In this document: positions 7,242 through 16,276 of the stretch, one piece after another
Layout of the letters: each line of letters begins with the position of its first letter
Position numbering within the stretch: position 1 is the first letter of the stretch
Origin: a virus
Taxonomy: Duplodnaviria; Caudoviricetes
IMG/VR virus record: IMGVR_UViG_3300030372_002767
Location: 1-35,299 of that record
Length of the DNA: 35,299 bases
Strand: one strand, 5' to 3'
Position numbers and translations under genes: made by a program
The notes under the pieces: generated by a model
Told to the model about the DNA's origin: nothing
Database searches by the model: none
What the model saw: the letters and a program-made list of their open reading frames with translations, nothing else

Positions 7242-9068
7242 CTATCCACCAAACGTCCTTGCAAAACTTCCACCACGTTGTCTAGTTTCTGCTACTGCAT
7301 TTATAGTTTGTTCTTTTATTTGTGGTAACAAATTTAAAACTTCTGCTCTAACTGTTGGCACGATTCCTGTACTGAATGAAATATTTTGTACAACGTTAAC
7401 TGAACCACCCAATTGATTATTCGGAACTATGTTTCCTGCACTATGTGGTACAAACATTTCAGCACCTCTCTCACCAACTAAATGAGGTTTATTTGGTGCA
7501 ACGAAACCACCTGTTGCTTTTGGTATTAATGAACCTAATATTGCAGTACCTATAGACTTTAAGAACCCACCACCACTGCTTGTATCTAAAGATTTTTTTA
7601 TAGAATCTAATAATGGTTTTAAAATTAACAATTGCACAATCAAACTTACCACTTGTGATACTACGTTTTGAAAAATACTTTTCATTGCATCTTTAAAATC
7701 TTGTCCACTAGCTACTGCATCACCGAATGCATCACCGATGTTAACAACTGCTTTATCAAATATTTTTTCAAACTCTACAGATTCACCTTTGAGTGTTTGA
7801 AATGCTTGTTCAAATTTTTGTTCAAATTCACTAGTTTCTGTTTTTGCATTTTTAAGTTTTTGTTTGTAATCTTCAAATTTATTTGTAACACCATCAACAT
7901 CTAAACCTAGTATCTCAAATATGTCTCGTAGTTTCTGATGCTCTTTGGCATTTTGTTTTGCTGTGTCGATAACTCTCTCATACTCAAAGCCTATCATGTG
8001 ATTTAACTCTAATAATGCCTGAGCCCTATCTTCTTCTGTTGCCATAGCTTCTAGATTTTGTTTTCTTGAAGCAGTAACTAAACCTATCGTTGCTAACAAT
8101 CCAATCATTGCTATATTCAAATTCTTGATAAAATTAAGTGTCCTAACTGCAACTGAACCTGCCAACAAAAGAAATAAACCTTCAAATGCATCTTTAATAG
8201 TGTCGAGATTTTTTACTATTGAAGCAGTTAAATCTGCTAAATCACGTCCTACTTCTCTACCAAATTCTTCTATTGCTTCTTGATTATTTGCGAGAGTTTG
8301 GTCTAAATCACCAAACTGTCTTTTGAGTTCAACCATGAATTCTTCTGCAATTGATTTCCTAAAACTAAATAATTTGTCTCCGAGCATTGATAAAGTACCA
8401 GTAAGTGTTTTAGCAAAATCTGCCATAACATTACCAAACTCTCCGTCTCCAGAGAATTTTTCTTTGAATGCTTTTATTGTGTCATTGATAGAAACTTTAA
8501 CACCTGCATTGAATCCTAACATTGCACGTACACCACGTTCTCTGAATACATCTGCTGATGCAATACCACCTGCAAACGACCTCTGTATCTGTTCACTGGC
8601 TTGTCTAAAATCTAAACCAGTTGCAGATGCTACATTTCCTGTGATTTCTAAAACTTCTGCTAGTTCATTGGCATCTTTTGATACAACTGCTAAGTTTCCC
8701 GATGCTTGTTGTATTTCTTCTAAACTGAATGGAACACGACTAGCGAACTTGACCATTACATCAAATGCTCTTGCACCTTCTTCTGCAGTTCCAAATAATG
8801 CTTTTAATCTGACTTGTAAGTTTTCTATTTGTATACCGACATCAACAACTTTTTTAATTTGAATGACACCGAATACACCTGCTAGTAATCCACCAAATTT
8901 AATTACACGACCACCTAAAGTATCAAGTGAATCACCTAATCTTCTGAAGTCGTTACCCATTTTTTTAGAACCACTACCTACTTTTCGTTTAGCATCATCT
9001 AAACCTTTCTGTAGTGAACTAAGGTCAGCTTCAATCTTTACAATTAAATTATCTAATTCAGTAGCCAT
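7242..9068 (-). CDS. Tail tape measure protein
   Basis: 608 aa, helical; L.VKIEAD N-terminus, tape-measure core (FASRVPFSL), ATGG.V.P...HLVGERGAEMFVP C-terminus. Confidence 0.93.
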   Translation of the reverse strand: MATELDNLIVKIEADLSSLQKGLDDAKRKVGSGSKKMGNDFRRLGDSLDTLGGRVIKFGGLLAGVFGVIQIKKVVDVGIQIENLQVRLKALFGTAEEGARAFDVMVKFASRVPFSLEEIQQASGNLAVVSKDANELAEVLEITGNVASATGLDFRQASEQIQRSFAGGIASADVFRERGVRAMLGFNAGVKVSINDTIKAFKEKFSGDGEFGNVMADFAKTLTGTLSMLGDKLFSFRKSIAEEFMVELKRQFGDLDQTLANNQEAIEEFGREVGRDLADLTASIVKNLDTIKDAFEGLFLLLAGSVAVRTLNFIKNLNIAMIGLLATIGLVTASRKQNLEAMATEEDRAQALLELNHMIGFEYERVIDTAKQNAKEHQKLRDIFEILGLDVDGVTNKFEDYKQKLKNAKTETSEFEQKFEQAFQTLKGESVEFEKIFDKAVVNIGDAFGDAVASGQDFKDAMKSIFQNVVSQVVSLIVQLLILKPLLDSIKKSLDTSSGGGFLKSIGTAILGSLIPKATGGFVAPNKPHLVGERGAEMFVPHSAGNIVPNNQLGGSVNVVQNISFSTGIVPTVRAEVLNLLPQIKEQTINAVAETRQRGGSFARTFGG

Positions 9069-9070
9069 AC

Positions 9071-9293
9071 TTAATAATCGGGGTACATCTCCATTAATTT
9101 ATCTAGTTCGTTCCTGTCCATCTTATTATCTTTACCACCATTATATTCTTTGAATCCATTAATGGCTAGTGAGATTTCGTATACAGACATATCCCAAAAA
9201 TCTCTAGGTGATAAGTTCATCATGCCTACAACAACTTCATACCACCTATCTATTGGCAGTCCTACATCATCATCTATGGGTTCGTTTTTTTTT
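9071..9293 (-). CDS. Tail assembly chaperone C-terminal (gpT-like) extension reached by -1 frameshift
   Basis: The -1 frame after the A9 run reads NEPIDDDVGLPIDRWYEVVVGMMNLSPRDFWDMSVYEISLAINGFKEYNGGKDNKMDRNELDKLMEMYPDY*; the P..FW and LM..YPD motifs are typical of GTA-type gpT. Confidence 0.8.
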
Positions 9294-9627
9294 CAGAATC
9301 AGAACTATCTTTAGTATCGCTTGTTGTTAATGCTAGAGTTATTAACTCACCACAAATTTTAATAGCTTCTACTAAACCTACTTCGGCTACTAATTCTTTA
9401 ACATCATTGTCTTTTGTATCGTTACCACCTGCTCTTATTGATAAAGTAAGTATAGATATAACATCAGTCATAGATAAATCACCACCACTAAGTTTTTGTC
9501 CTACTTTAAGGATAGAACTTCCTAATGCTTCTTCTATCCTTATAACTGTGTCTAAAGACATTCTAGCTTTAAAAGTTTTATCACCAAAATTAAGTGTCTT
9601 TTCTGCTTTTAACGTGTTTATGCTCAT
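9274..9627 (-). CDS. Tail assembly chaperone (gpG / GTA gp10-like)
   Basis: Between tail tube and tape measure genes; IEEALG.SI; ends at the slippery G AAA AAA AAC. Confidence 0.85.
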   Translation of the reverse strand: MSINTLKAEKTLNFGDKTFKARMSLDTVIRIEEALGSSILKVGQKLSGGDLSMTDVISILTLSIRAGGNDTKDNDVKELVAEVGLVEAIKICGELITLALTTSDTKDSSDSEKKTNP

Positions 9628-9853
9628 TTTGTTTTTTCTCCTTTCTGATTAAAATTTTTATTACTTCATCTCTATCACCAACGTTTGTTAGATTAGATAT
9701 TGTATAAGAATCTTTATCAATTGTTATTTCTTCATTTAGGCAAGACAACCATTTATCAAAATATGGCAGTTCGACTTCAATTGTATCTTCACCAATATTT
9801 ACATTGGCTTGATATGTTATCTTGCCTACGTTAACTTTTTTTTCTATCCACAT
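9590..9853 (-). CDS. Hypothetical protein in tail module
   Basis: Translationally coupled between tail tube and chaperone genes. Confidence 0.65.
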   Translation of the reverse strand: MWIEKKVNVGKITYQANVNIGEDTIEVELPYFDKWLSCLNEEITIDKDSYTISNLTNVGDRDEVIKILIRKEKKQNEHKHVKSRKDT

Positions 9854-10266
9854 TATACAGTCGCTATTGTAATCGCACCTGCTGATTCAAAACTCAAACT
9901 ATATTGAACCGAATCATTATAAGTACCACTGTATTCAATTGATGCAACTTGGAATGCACCAGTGAATGTATTGTAGTCAGGTACTAAAAACTGAAAGTTT
10001 GTAAAACTGGCACCATCGAATGCCGTCAATACAGACTGTTCACTAGCTGAATCTGTGAATACACCACTACCTGAGATGGTAAATGATTTTACTCCACCTT
10101 GAGCCATAAGTGTACGAACTCTAGACGAATCTTTATTTGTTACATCAACTGTTTCTTGGTTGATTGCGATTGAGGTATCACGTAAACCTGCGACTGTTGT
10201 AAATGTCTCAGGACTACCACCATTCCCAATCTTCACTAGAAGTGATGCACCTTTTTGTACTGCCAT
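9853..10266 (-). CDS. Major tail tube protein (TP901-1/GTA type)
   Basis: MAVQKG..LLVKIG.G.....F.TVAGLR...VDVT.KDS...R.L...GVKS..ISGSGVF. Confidence 0.93.
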   Translation of the reverse strand: MAVQKGASLLVKIGNGGSPETFTTVAGLRDTSIAINQETVDVTNKDSSRVRTLMAQGGVKSFTISGSGVFTDSASEQSVLTAFDGASFTNFQFLVPDYNTFTGAFQVASIEYSGTYNDSVQYSLSFESAGAITIATV

Positions 10267-10284
10267 AATATATCTCCGTAATTA

Positions 10285-10692
10285 TTAACTGTCGTATACG
10301 ATAAAATCTATCGTAATAATTCCATGTCTAGTCAGATTATCGCTTTCTACTATCGTTGCAGTATTTACTACATAAGATACTACTGACGATGCTGACGTTA
10401 CTGAAATTGTACTCCCATTAAAGATGTTATACAACCTCTCCATAATCTCTTTAATCTCCTTCTGACCTCTGTATTGAGACCATACTTCTATGTCAACTCT
10501 GTGCTCATTCCCGTCTAATGTTTGTGTGCCTATATCTGTAGAAGTTTCTAAACCAATACGTACGTATGGATATGCAGTATCTTGAGGAACATTATCAAAT
10601 ATTTTGTTGTTGCCAACTAAAGTATCTAAAGCAGAATCATTAGATAATGTAGTAAAGATAGCTGACTGTAAATCAAAAGAATGAAATCCCAC
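10285..10692 (-). CDS. Tail terminator/completion protein (DUF3168-like)
   Basis: LQSAI...L.....L....IFD.VP....YPYV.IG....VWS...G.KE. Confidence 0.88.
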   Translation of the reverse strand: MGFHSFDLQSAIFTTLSNDSALDTLVGNNKIFDNVPQDTAYPYVRIGLETSTDIGTQTLDGNEHRVDIEVWSQYRGQKEIKEIMERLYNIFNGSTISVTSASSVVSYVVNTATIVESDNLTRHGIITIDFIVYDS

Positions 10693-11108
10693 TATACTCT
10701 CACTTTCAAAAGATTAATCATTTTCTTTGCCATATTGACAGTCGTCCGATAAGCATGAGAAGTTTTGCTCATAAATGGTCTATCCATATCTTCGAGAGTT
10801 TCTGCATAATCAACATTCGCTGAAACTTTGGCTACGAATCTTGATAGTTTTCTTAAATCCATACTTTTTGTTAAATCACTGGTATCAACTGCAGGTGCTT
10901 CACCTACTGCTGATGCAATGTGATTCTTTTTTGCTTTAGTTTTTTTGTATGTCTTACCAGTTTTAGCAAACGTAAAACTTCTTTGAACTTCATTTTTAAA
11001 AAATTGAGAAATAGAGTCTACATATCTTTGTGCATTGTTCTCATATTTTCTTTTTACCTCACGATTACGTCTCGGTAGTTTGTTAATAATTCTAACACTA
11101 ACACTCAC
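10692..11108 (-). CDS. HK97 gp10-like neck/tail component
   Basis: H.ASA.GEAPAVDT..L..S...YA..LE...RPFM. Confidence 0.82.
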   Translation of the reverse strand: MSVSVRIINKLPRRNREVKRKYENNAQRYVDSISQFFKNEVQRSFTFAKTGKTYKKTKAKKNHIASAVGEAPAVDTSDLTKSMDLRKLSRFVAKVSANVDYAETLEDMDRPFMSKTSHAYRTTVNMAKKMINLLKVRV

Positions 11109-11434
11109 GTTGCAACTCCTTCTGTCGCTAAAATTTCCTGAAACTTTTTTCTACCTTCGACTAAGTCTTTTATATCTGTAATATCAAAAGTTTTAGAGTC
11201 GTAAGATATTCTGTGTTTTTTTGTAAGTGAAGAAATATATCTTATTGTAAATCTATAAGAGTTAGTTCCTCTAATTTGGTCTCCAAAAACTGATTCGCTT
11301 CCAGATAAATTTTCAGCTTTTGCCCATACTGTGTTCGATGTAGAAAAAGATGCAGTCTGTCCTCCTCCTGCGTCCATAGATGTAGACAAACTCTGTAATG
11401 CAATTCTATTTCGCATCTGCCCAATCAATGACAC
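11105..11434 (-). CDS. Head closure (SPP1 gp16-like stopper)
   Basis: IG.MRNRI.LQ.....D.GGG......VWA......G.E...FTIRY. Confidence 0.88.
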   Translation of the reverse strand: MSLIGQMRNRIALQSLSTSMDAGGGQTASFSTSNTVWAKAENLSGSESVFGDQIRGTNSYRFTIRYISSLTKKHRISYDSKTFDITDIKDLVEGRKKFQEILATEGVAT

Positions 11435-12108
11435 TAGACCATACCTCCGTAGTGTGCAGTTCCACGATATGGGTTCGTAGAAAATTGTCTTATAACGTAT
11501 GGAGTTAAAAGTTGTGTTGCACCATAAGGTGCTAAAACATTTTTACCATCCAACAAATCTCCACGATGCTCAAACAAAAATGCTAAGTAAATTAAACATG
11601 CATGTTTGATATCTTGAGGTACTGCAGATTCGCCACCGAATCCTGCAACGTAAGTTATCTCAAGTGCATTCGCAACTCTCAATCCTGTTGGGTAAGATTC
11701 GCCTTGACGTAAAACTAATCTAGCAGGAACACTTGCACTGTCTAAATAATATTTACTAGATGCAAAAGTTGATTCTGTATCTGCATCATCATAATATTTT
11801 ACATTGGATATAGATGCTACTGGGCTTTCGGGTAAAATAATACTACGTCTAGATATGTCTTGGTCTATTCCTAAATAAAATCCTTCGTGTAAAGGTATGT
11901 CGACATCATAAATACTATCAATAGAAAGTTTTAAAGTTTGTGTTGTCAAACTTCTATGTGTGTATCGCTTTGCCCAATTGTGCGACATCTTTAGCATGTT
12001 TGTTAACACTGTGTTGTCGTCCGTTCCGTCAACTCTCAACCAGTTTTTTGCTTCGGTCAATGTTATAGCAAATTCTGTCTCTGCTGTTACTACTGATAAT
12101 CCTGCCAT
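11434..12108 (-). CDS. Head-tail adaptor (gp6-like)
   Basis: ITL.EAK.WLRVD..DD....YVAGFG....VP.DIK.A.L...EHR; start placed at ATG 12108 after GAGGG. Confidence 0.88.
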   Translation of the reverse strand: MAGLSVVTAETEFAITLTEAKNWLRVDGTDDNTVLTNMLKMSHNWAKRYTHRSLTTQTLKLSIDSIYDVDIPLHEGFYLGIDQDISRRSIILPESPVASISNVKYYDDADTESTFASSKYYLDSASVPARLVLRQGESYPTGLRVANALEITYVAGFGGESAVPQDIKHACLIYLAFLFEHRGDLLDGKNVLAPYGATQLLTPYVIRQFSTNPYRGTAHYGGMV

Positions 12109-12195
12109 AAATCCCTCTAAAAAATTTTGAATATGGGTCATTTTATCCAAAAACCGTCAAAAAAGCCAAAAAAATCGACTTTTTTAGCCAAATTA

Positions 12196-12236
12196 TGACG
12201 ATTTGTCTTTGCATAGGACATAAAGTCATATATACT
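12196..12236 (+). promoter_or_regulatory. Island 1 promoter TTGCAT-N16-TATACT with two degenerate TGAC-N5-GTCA sites
   Basis: TGACGATTTGTCT at 12196-12208 and GGACATAAAGTCA at 12216-12228; phased A/T tracts upstream (12149-12195). Confidence 0.7.
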
Positions 12237-12271
12237 GTAGGTATACAAAACGTTAACTAGGAGTTAAAAAA

Positions 12272-13075
12272 ATGAGAAAATTTGGAGTAGAAATAGAGTT
12301 TATATGCAGTAAATCACAAAGTGAAATCTGCAGAATCATAAACAGAGATACAGGCATTGAATGTGTACCTGCAGGTTATAGCGACAGAGACACTTCTAAA
12401 TGGAGAATGAAAACTGATGGTTCTTTATCACGTGGTGGTCTTGAATTAGTAACACCAATATTGTCAGACATGGAGGACTTAAAAAAATTACAAGAAGTAA
12501 TAAAAGTCTTAGATGTACACGGTAAAGTAAATTCAAGTTGTGGTATACACGTTCATACTGATGCACGTAACACTTCAACATTACAAGTTAGAAAACTTAT
12601 GAAGTACATTGCTAAGTATGAACTTGCAATGAACAAATTAGTTTCTAAATCAAGACGTGGAAGTTCACGTTGGTGTTCAGATAATTATCAAAATGTAAGA
12701 GATAATCGTCTTATGGATTTCAAAACACCTACAGAGTTTTTTGTTCATCTTAATGGAATGTCAAAACGTAAACTTGTACGTAGCATTACTGGTACAAGAT
12801 ATTACAAATGGAATTTCCAAAACTACATGAATCATGGTTCAGTAGAAAACAGAATGCATCAAGGTTCTTTGAATGTAGAAAAAATTACAAACTGGATTTT
12901 ACTTAATCAAGCAATGGTCAACTGTGCTTTTGACGAACGTGGTACTAGAGTACTTAGAACAGAATCATGGGAGGACTACAGTTTGAATCGTATGTTAAAA
13001 GAACTTGTTGTTAGAGGTTACTTGAACAACAGTCAAAAGTCTTACTTCCTTGACAGAGCAGAGGCTTTAGCATAA
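12272..13075 (+). CDS. Putative amidoligase (COOH-NH2 ligase, Amidoligase_2-like)
   Basis: FGVEIE, W....DGSL...ELVTPIL, SCGIHVH, RY...N....H.SVE.R.HQG. Confidence 0.9.
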   Translation: MRKFGVEIEFICSKSQSEICRIINRDTGIECVPAGYSDRDTSKWRMKTDGSLSRGGLELVTPILSDMEDLKKLQEVIKVLDVHGKVNSSCGIHVHTDARNTSTLQVRKLMKYIAKYELAMNKLVSKSRRGSSRWCSDNYQNVRDNRLMDFKTPTEFFVHLNGMSKRKLVRSITGTRYYKWNFQNYMNHGSVENRMHQGSLNVEKITNWILLNQAMVNCAFDERGTRVLRTESWEDYSLNRMLKELVVRGYLNNSQKSYFLDRAEALA

Positions 13076-13317
13076 TGCGATACATTAATACACTAACAGA
13101 AACATCTTACAAGTCTCAAAACAAAGTAGACCTTGCTCACGAAATGTACTCAACATCGTGGGTAAGGAGTGATTGTAAGAATGTTTATGACTGGTGCAAG
13201 GGTGCATCATTCAGATTATTTCAAGTGCACAACATTATACTTGAGTATGATGATGGAGACTTGGAATCATTTGTGGATGCTTTAATACAACACAACATAA
13301 TAAAGGAGATACACTAA
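13075..13317 (+). CDS. Hypothetical protein
   Basis: TAATG coupling on both sides within the island. Confidence 0.75.
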   Translation: MRYINTLTETSYKSQNKVDLAHEMYSTSWVRSDCKNVYDWCKGASFRLFQVHNIILEYDDGDLESFVDALIQHNIIKEIH

Positions 13318-13715
13318 TGTTATATTTTGCTTATGGTGCTAACACCAACATTGACGGTATGGAATATCGTTGTCCTAATGCTACGAAAGTTGGGCGATTA
13401 ACTTTACCCGATTGGAAGTTAGTATTCAAACACGTAGCCGACATAGAGATGCATAAAGACGAGCAGGTTCACGGTGTTCTATGGAACATCACTGACGAAT
13501 GTGAGTCTAGCTTAGATAGGTTCGAGGGTTTCCCACACCTATATCGTAAGGAGTATTTTGTAGTTCGTATGCAAGACGGTTCTATTGAAGACGTTATGTT
13601 TTACAAGATGAACAGTGGAGAGTATGCTAGACCTAGTCAAACTTACTTCGATACTATCAAGCAGGGATACATTTCTAATCAGCTACCATTACAATACCTA
13701 TACAACTGTAGGTAA
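13317..13715 (+). CDS. Gamma-glutamylcyclotransferase (AIG2-like)
   Basis: LYFAYG.N....M..RCP....VHGVLW.I....LDRFEG.P.LY; catalytic Glu region intact. Confidence 0.92.
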   Translation: MLYFAYGANTNIDGMEYRCPNATKVGRLTLPDWKLVFKHVADIEMHKDEQVHGVLWNITDECESSLDRFEGFPHLYRKEYFVVRMQDGSIEDVMFYKMNSGEYARPSQTYFDTIKQGYISNQLPLQYLYNCR

Positions 13716-13726
13716 CATCTAACATT

Positions 13727-13759
13727 GATAAGTCGAGTTATCCTAGTGCTCGGCTTATC
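13727..13759. terminator. Hairpin between convergent genes (probable bidirectional terminator)
   Basis: GATAAGTCGAG-N11-CTCGGCTTATC, 11-bp stem; weak U tracts. Confidence 0.6.
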
Positions 13760-13979
13760 TTGCCAATGGATTATCTTCTTCTTTTATATTGTTAATTTGT
13801 TCTTTGATTACTGCTATTTCACTTTTTAAAATATTAACGTCATTAACTAACGGCTCTATGTTAACTGACGACTTACCTTCTATAGTTTCTATTCTATTTA
13901 TAAGTGAGCCTTGAAACACTAGCAAAGAGCCTAGTGTAACGACCACACCAATAACACCAGTGATTATCTTGATATCCAT
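13755..13979 (-). CDS. Small N-anchored membrane coiled-coil protein
   Basis: N-terminal hydrophobic segment followed by heptad-like sequence. Confidence 0.65.
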   Translation of the reverse strand: MDIKIITGVIGVVVTLGSLLVFQGSLINRIETIEGKSSVNIEPLVNDVNILKSEIAVIKEQINNIKEEDNPLAR

Positions 13980-15253
13980 TCTCTATCCTCATATATTCTA
14001 TCTTTTATTATTACGTTGCTAACGTAAACTCGTTCATCATATCCAATTAAATCTCGGTCAACAATGTTTGGTTGTATAAAAATATCTGCATTTATATTTG
14101 CATACGAATCTAACATATTATTATTGTTCTGCATGACTTTGGCAATAATAATCTGTGTCGCCTTCATTTGACCATCAACGGATTTTATTTTCTCAGCTAC
14201 CTTAGACCTTATGTCGTCAACAGTTATTGATATTTTGGTTTCATTTGGGGATTGTGCTACTGTAGATGTTTCTTCAACTTCACAACCTGCACAACTTTCT
14301 TCTGCATTTATTTCTTCTGTAGTTTCAGTGTCTACTATTTCTTCTTCTAACTCTTGCACTATTTCAACTTGTTCTTCAATCATAGGTTCTTCTATAACTT
14401 CAACTATTTCTTCTACTGGAGTTTCTGTCAAAACAAAAGTTTCTTCTATAAAGTTTTCTTCGGCTAGAGTAATCGTTTCTTCTTCTATATAAACTTCTTC
14501 GATTGTTGGCAATTCTTCTATGAATACTTCTTCAATAAATACTTCTTCTATCTCGGGTTCGATTGTAAGTATTTCTTCTGTTATATTTTTTAGTTCTTCT
14601 GCCTGTGCTAAAGAAATAACTGTATTGTCGTAGGTCATAGTTACAGATACTTCATCAACATTTCCTGCACCAAGATATCCCGAACTTGCATCATCACCAC
14701 TGATAAAAATGTTGCCAATATTGGCATTTGTTGAACCGTAAATTAATGTATCTTCAAATATTTCTCCTGTTATATTGGTAACGTCTGTACGAGTTTGGGT
14801 GGACGTTGCTAAAACGTTTTGCTCTGAATCTTTTATTTGTAATCTAACAGTGAATGAATCTGCATCACCACACGAACCACACCAACCACCAGTTCCACCT
14901 TCACCATTTTGTACTAAGATACGGCTCTTTAATTCTATTCCGTTATCTAACATTTGTTGGGTGATGGTATCGCTAGTCAAATTAAAATCTTGTTGAATCT
15001 CTCCGTAATTTCCAAACTCTAAATCATAATTACTTTCACCAATGTCAGAACCACAACAGTCATTGATAACTGCAACGTCTCCACTGGTAGTCCATCCACT
15101 ACTATTTCCCGACTCAAAGTCTCCATTAACTATAAGTGAGTTTGTTGTAATGGTTTCAGCACTTAAAAATAGGGGGGTACTAAGGTATACGAGCACTCCC
15201 AAAACGGTCAAAATGAGCCTATTAGACCCCTGTTTTTTGGGAAACTTAGTCAT
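13964..15253 (-). CDS. Exported protein: signal peptide, carbohydrate-binding-like jelly roll, very acidic Glu-rich linker, C-terminal helix
   Basis: Hydrophobic N-terminus ending LSA|ETIT; LIVNGDFESG...GW motif; EEVFIEE repeats. Confidence 0.7.
   Translation of the reverse strand: MTKFPKKQGSNRLILTVLGVLVYLSTPLFLSAETITTNSLIVNGDFESGNSSGWTTSGDVAVINDCCGSDIGESNYDLEFGNYGEIQQDFNLTSDTITQQMLDNGIELKSRILVQNGEGGTGGWCGSCGDADSFTVRLQIKDSEQNVLATSTQTRTDVTNITGEIFEDTLIYGSTNANIGNIFISGDDASSGYLGAGNVDEVSVTMTYDNTVISLAQAEELKNITEEILTIEPEIEEVFIEEVFIEELPTIEEVYIEEETITLAEENFIEETFVLTETPVEEIVEVIEEPMIEEQVEIVQELEEEIVDTETTEEINAEESCAGCEVEETSTVAQSPNETKISITVDDIRSKVAEKIKSVDGQMKATQIIIAKVMQNNNNMLDSYANINADIFIQPNIVDRDLIGYDERVYVSNVIIKDRIYEDREWISR
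15170..15238. repeat. Dispersed repeat, copy 2 (within a CDS)
   Basis: TAGGGGGGTACTAAGGTATACGAGCA...CCAAAACGGTCAAAATGAGCCTATTAGACCCCTGTTTTTT. Confidence 0.88.
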
Positions 15254-15851
15254 TTCTACGTAAACTTTCCTTATATTTGCGATATAGCTCGATTTCAGAG
15301 TTTTCTTCTTTACGACTTTCTAGTATCACTTTCATTGCTTCTTCACCTATCAAACTTTTTCCGTTATGCAAAACAGGACAAGGAGTTCCACTCCGTAACA
15401 TTGCTTCAAAAACTTTTGGGTCATCACATAACAATGATATCCCTGCGACCTTCATACCCATAACTTGACTCAACAACTGTGCTGTCTGTCTTCTTTGGCA
15501 TTCTTCGTCAATAAAATATTTTCCTGCACTGAATGCAAATACTATTGTACTGGCACCAACACTGACAGGTGTAACACAACTTTTTTGTCCGTAAACACTC
15601 ATACTCGGAGCATTGGATGGAGACACAGCAGTTTTTGTAGATGAGTTGTGATTCGTAGTATTTGTCGTAACAGGATTACTTCCAGAATTATAATTTGTTA
15701 CTGCTTCGTAGCCTTGAATATTTGTATTGCTTCCCGATGTATTTGTTTGGGTACTAGATGCGTTAGATGATGTAACATCAGATATTGATTGTTCTATTCC
15801 TAAAAAAAGAATAAGCAATATAATTAATAAAATTGGATATGCATATTTCAT
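15246..15851 (-). CDS. Exported Cys-containing protein
   Basis: Signal/TM N-terminus, S/T/N-rich linker, APS......SC...D.EC.R.....GMKVA.ISLLC.D..VF.AM..SGTPCP. Confidence 0.7.
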   Translation of the reverse strand: MKYAYPILLIILLILFLGIEQSISDVTSSNASSTQTNTSGSNTNIQGYEAVTNYNSGSNPVTTNTTNHNSSTKTAVSPSNAPSMSVYGQKSCVTPVSVGASTIVFAFSAGKYFIDEECQRRQTAQLLSQVMGMKVAGISLLCDDPKVFEAMLRSGTPCPVLHNGKSLIGEEAMKVILESRKEENSEIELYRKYKESLRRND

Positions 15852-16276
15852 TTAGCCTTCGCAATAGACGAACCTACATACATTGCAATAATACTTAGTA
15901 TAATATCTTTGTGCCAAGATAAAATTGCAATACCATTAACTTGATACCATGACATCGCAGTATTTCTTGTGTCGAATATTAACCAATCAGAACCAGTTGT
16001 TATTTCAGATTGGATATATATTGGCACTTGGAATACACCTGCGACCATAGGTAAAACTATTATTGAAAACACTGCTGACAAAACAATGATACGTCTTGTC
16101 ATCTGGAAAAAACTATTTTTATTATTCCTAACTTTATCTCTGCTAATTTCTTCTAGTTTATGATTAGCAGTAAGTTGCTTCATCATTTCAGCTTGTGCAT
16201 TGGCTTTTGCTCCCATGATTTGCATTATCGCACCTAGCACAGAAGAACCCATTAAATTCAATATCTCAAAACTCAT
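15848..16276 (-). CDS. Holin-like multi-pass membrane protein
   Basis: Two to three hydrophobic segments; position after the tail fibre genes. Confidence 0.55.
   Translation of the reverse strand: MSFEILNLMGSSVLGAIMQIMGAKANAQAEMMKQLTANHKLEEISRDKVRNNKNSFFQMTRRIIVLSAVFSIIVLPMVAGVFQVPIYIQSEITTGSDWLIFDTRNTAMSWYQVNGIAILSWHKDIILSIIAMYVGSSIAKAK

Noticed and set aside
8323-9153. Long + strand ORFs antisense to the tape measure gene (also 19173..19973 and many similar ones)
   Set aside because: Antisense shadows of well-supported genes; no RBS or recognisable motifs
12109-12150. N-terminal extension of the adaptor ORF given in the track
   Set aside because: TTG start without an RBS; ATG 12108 has GAGGG at proper spacing
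14330-14600. Glu-rich EEVFIEE repeats as a DNA tandem repeat element
   Set aside because: Explained by low-complexity protein sequence within the 429-aa ORF
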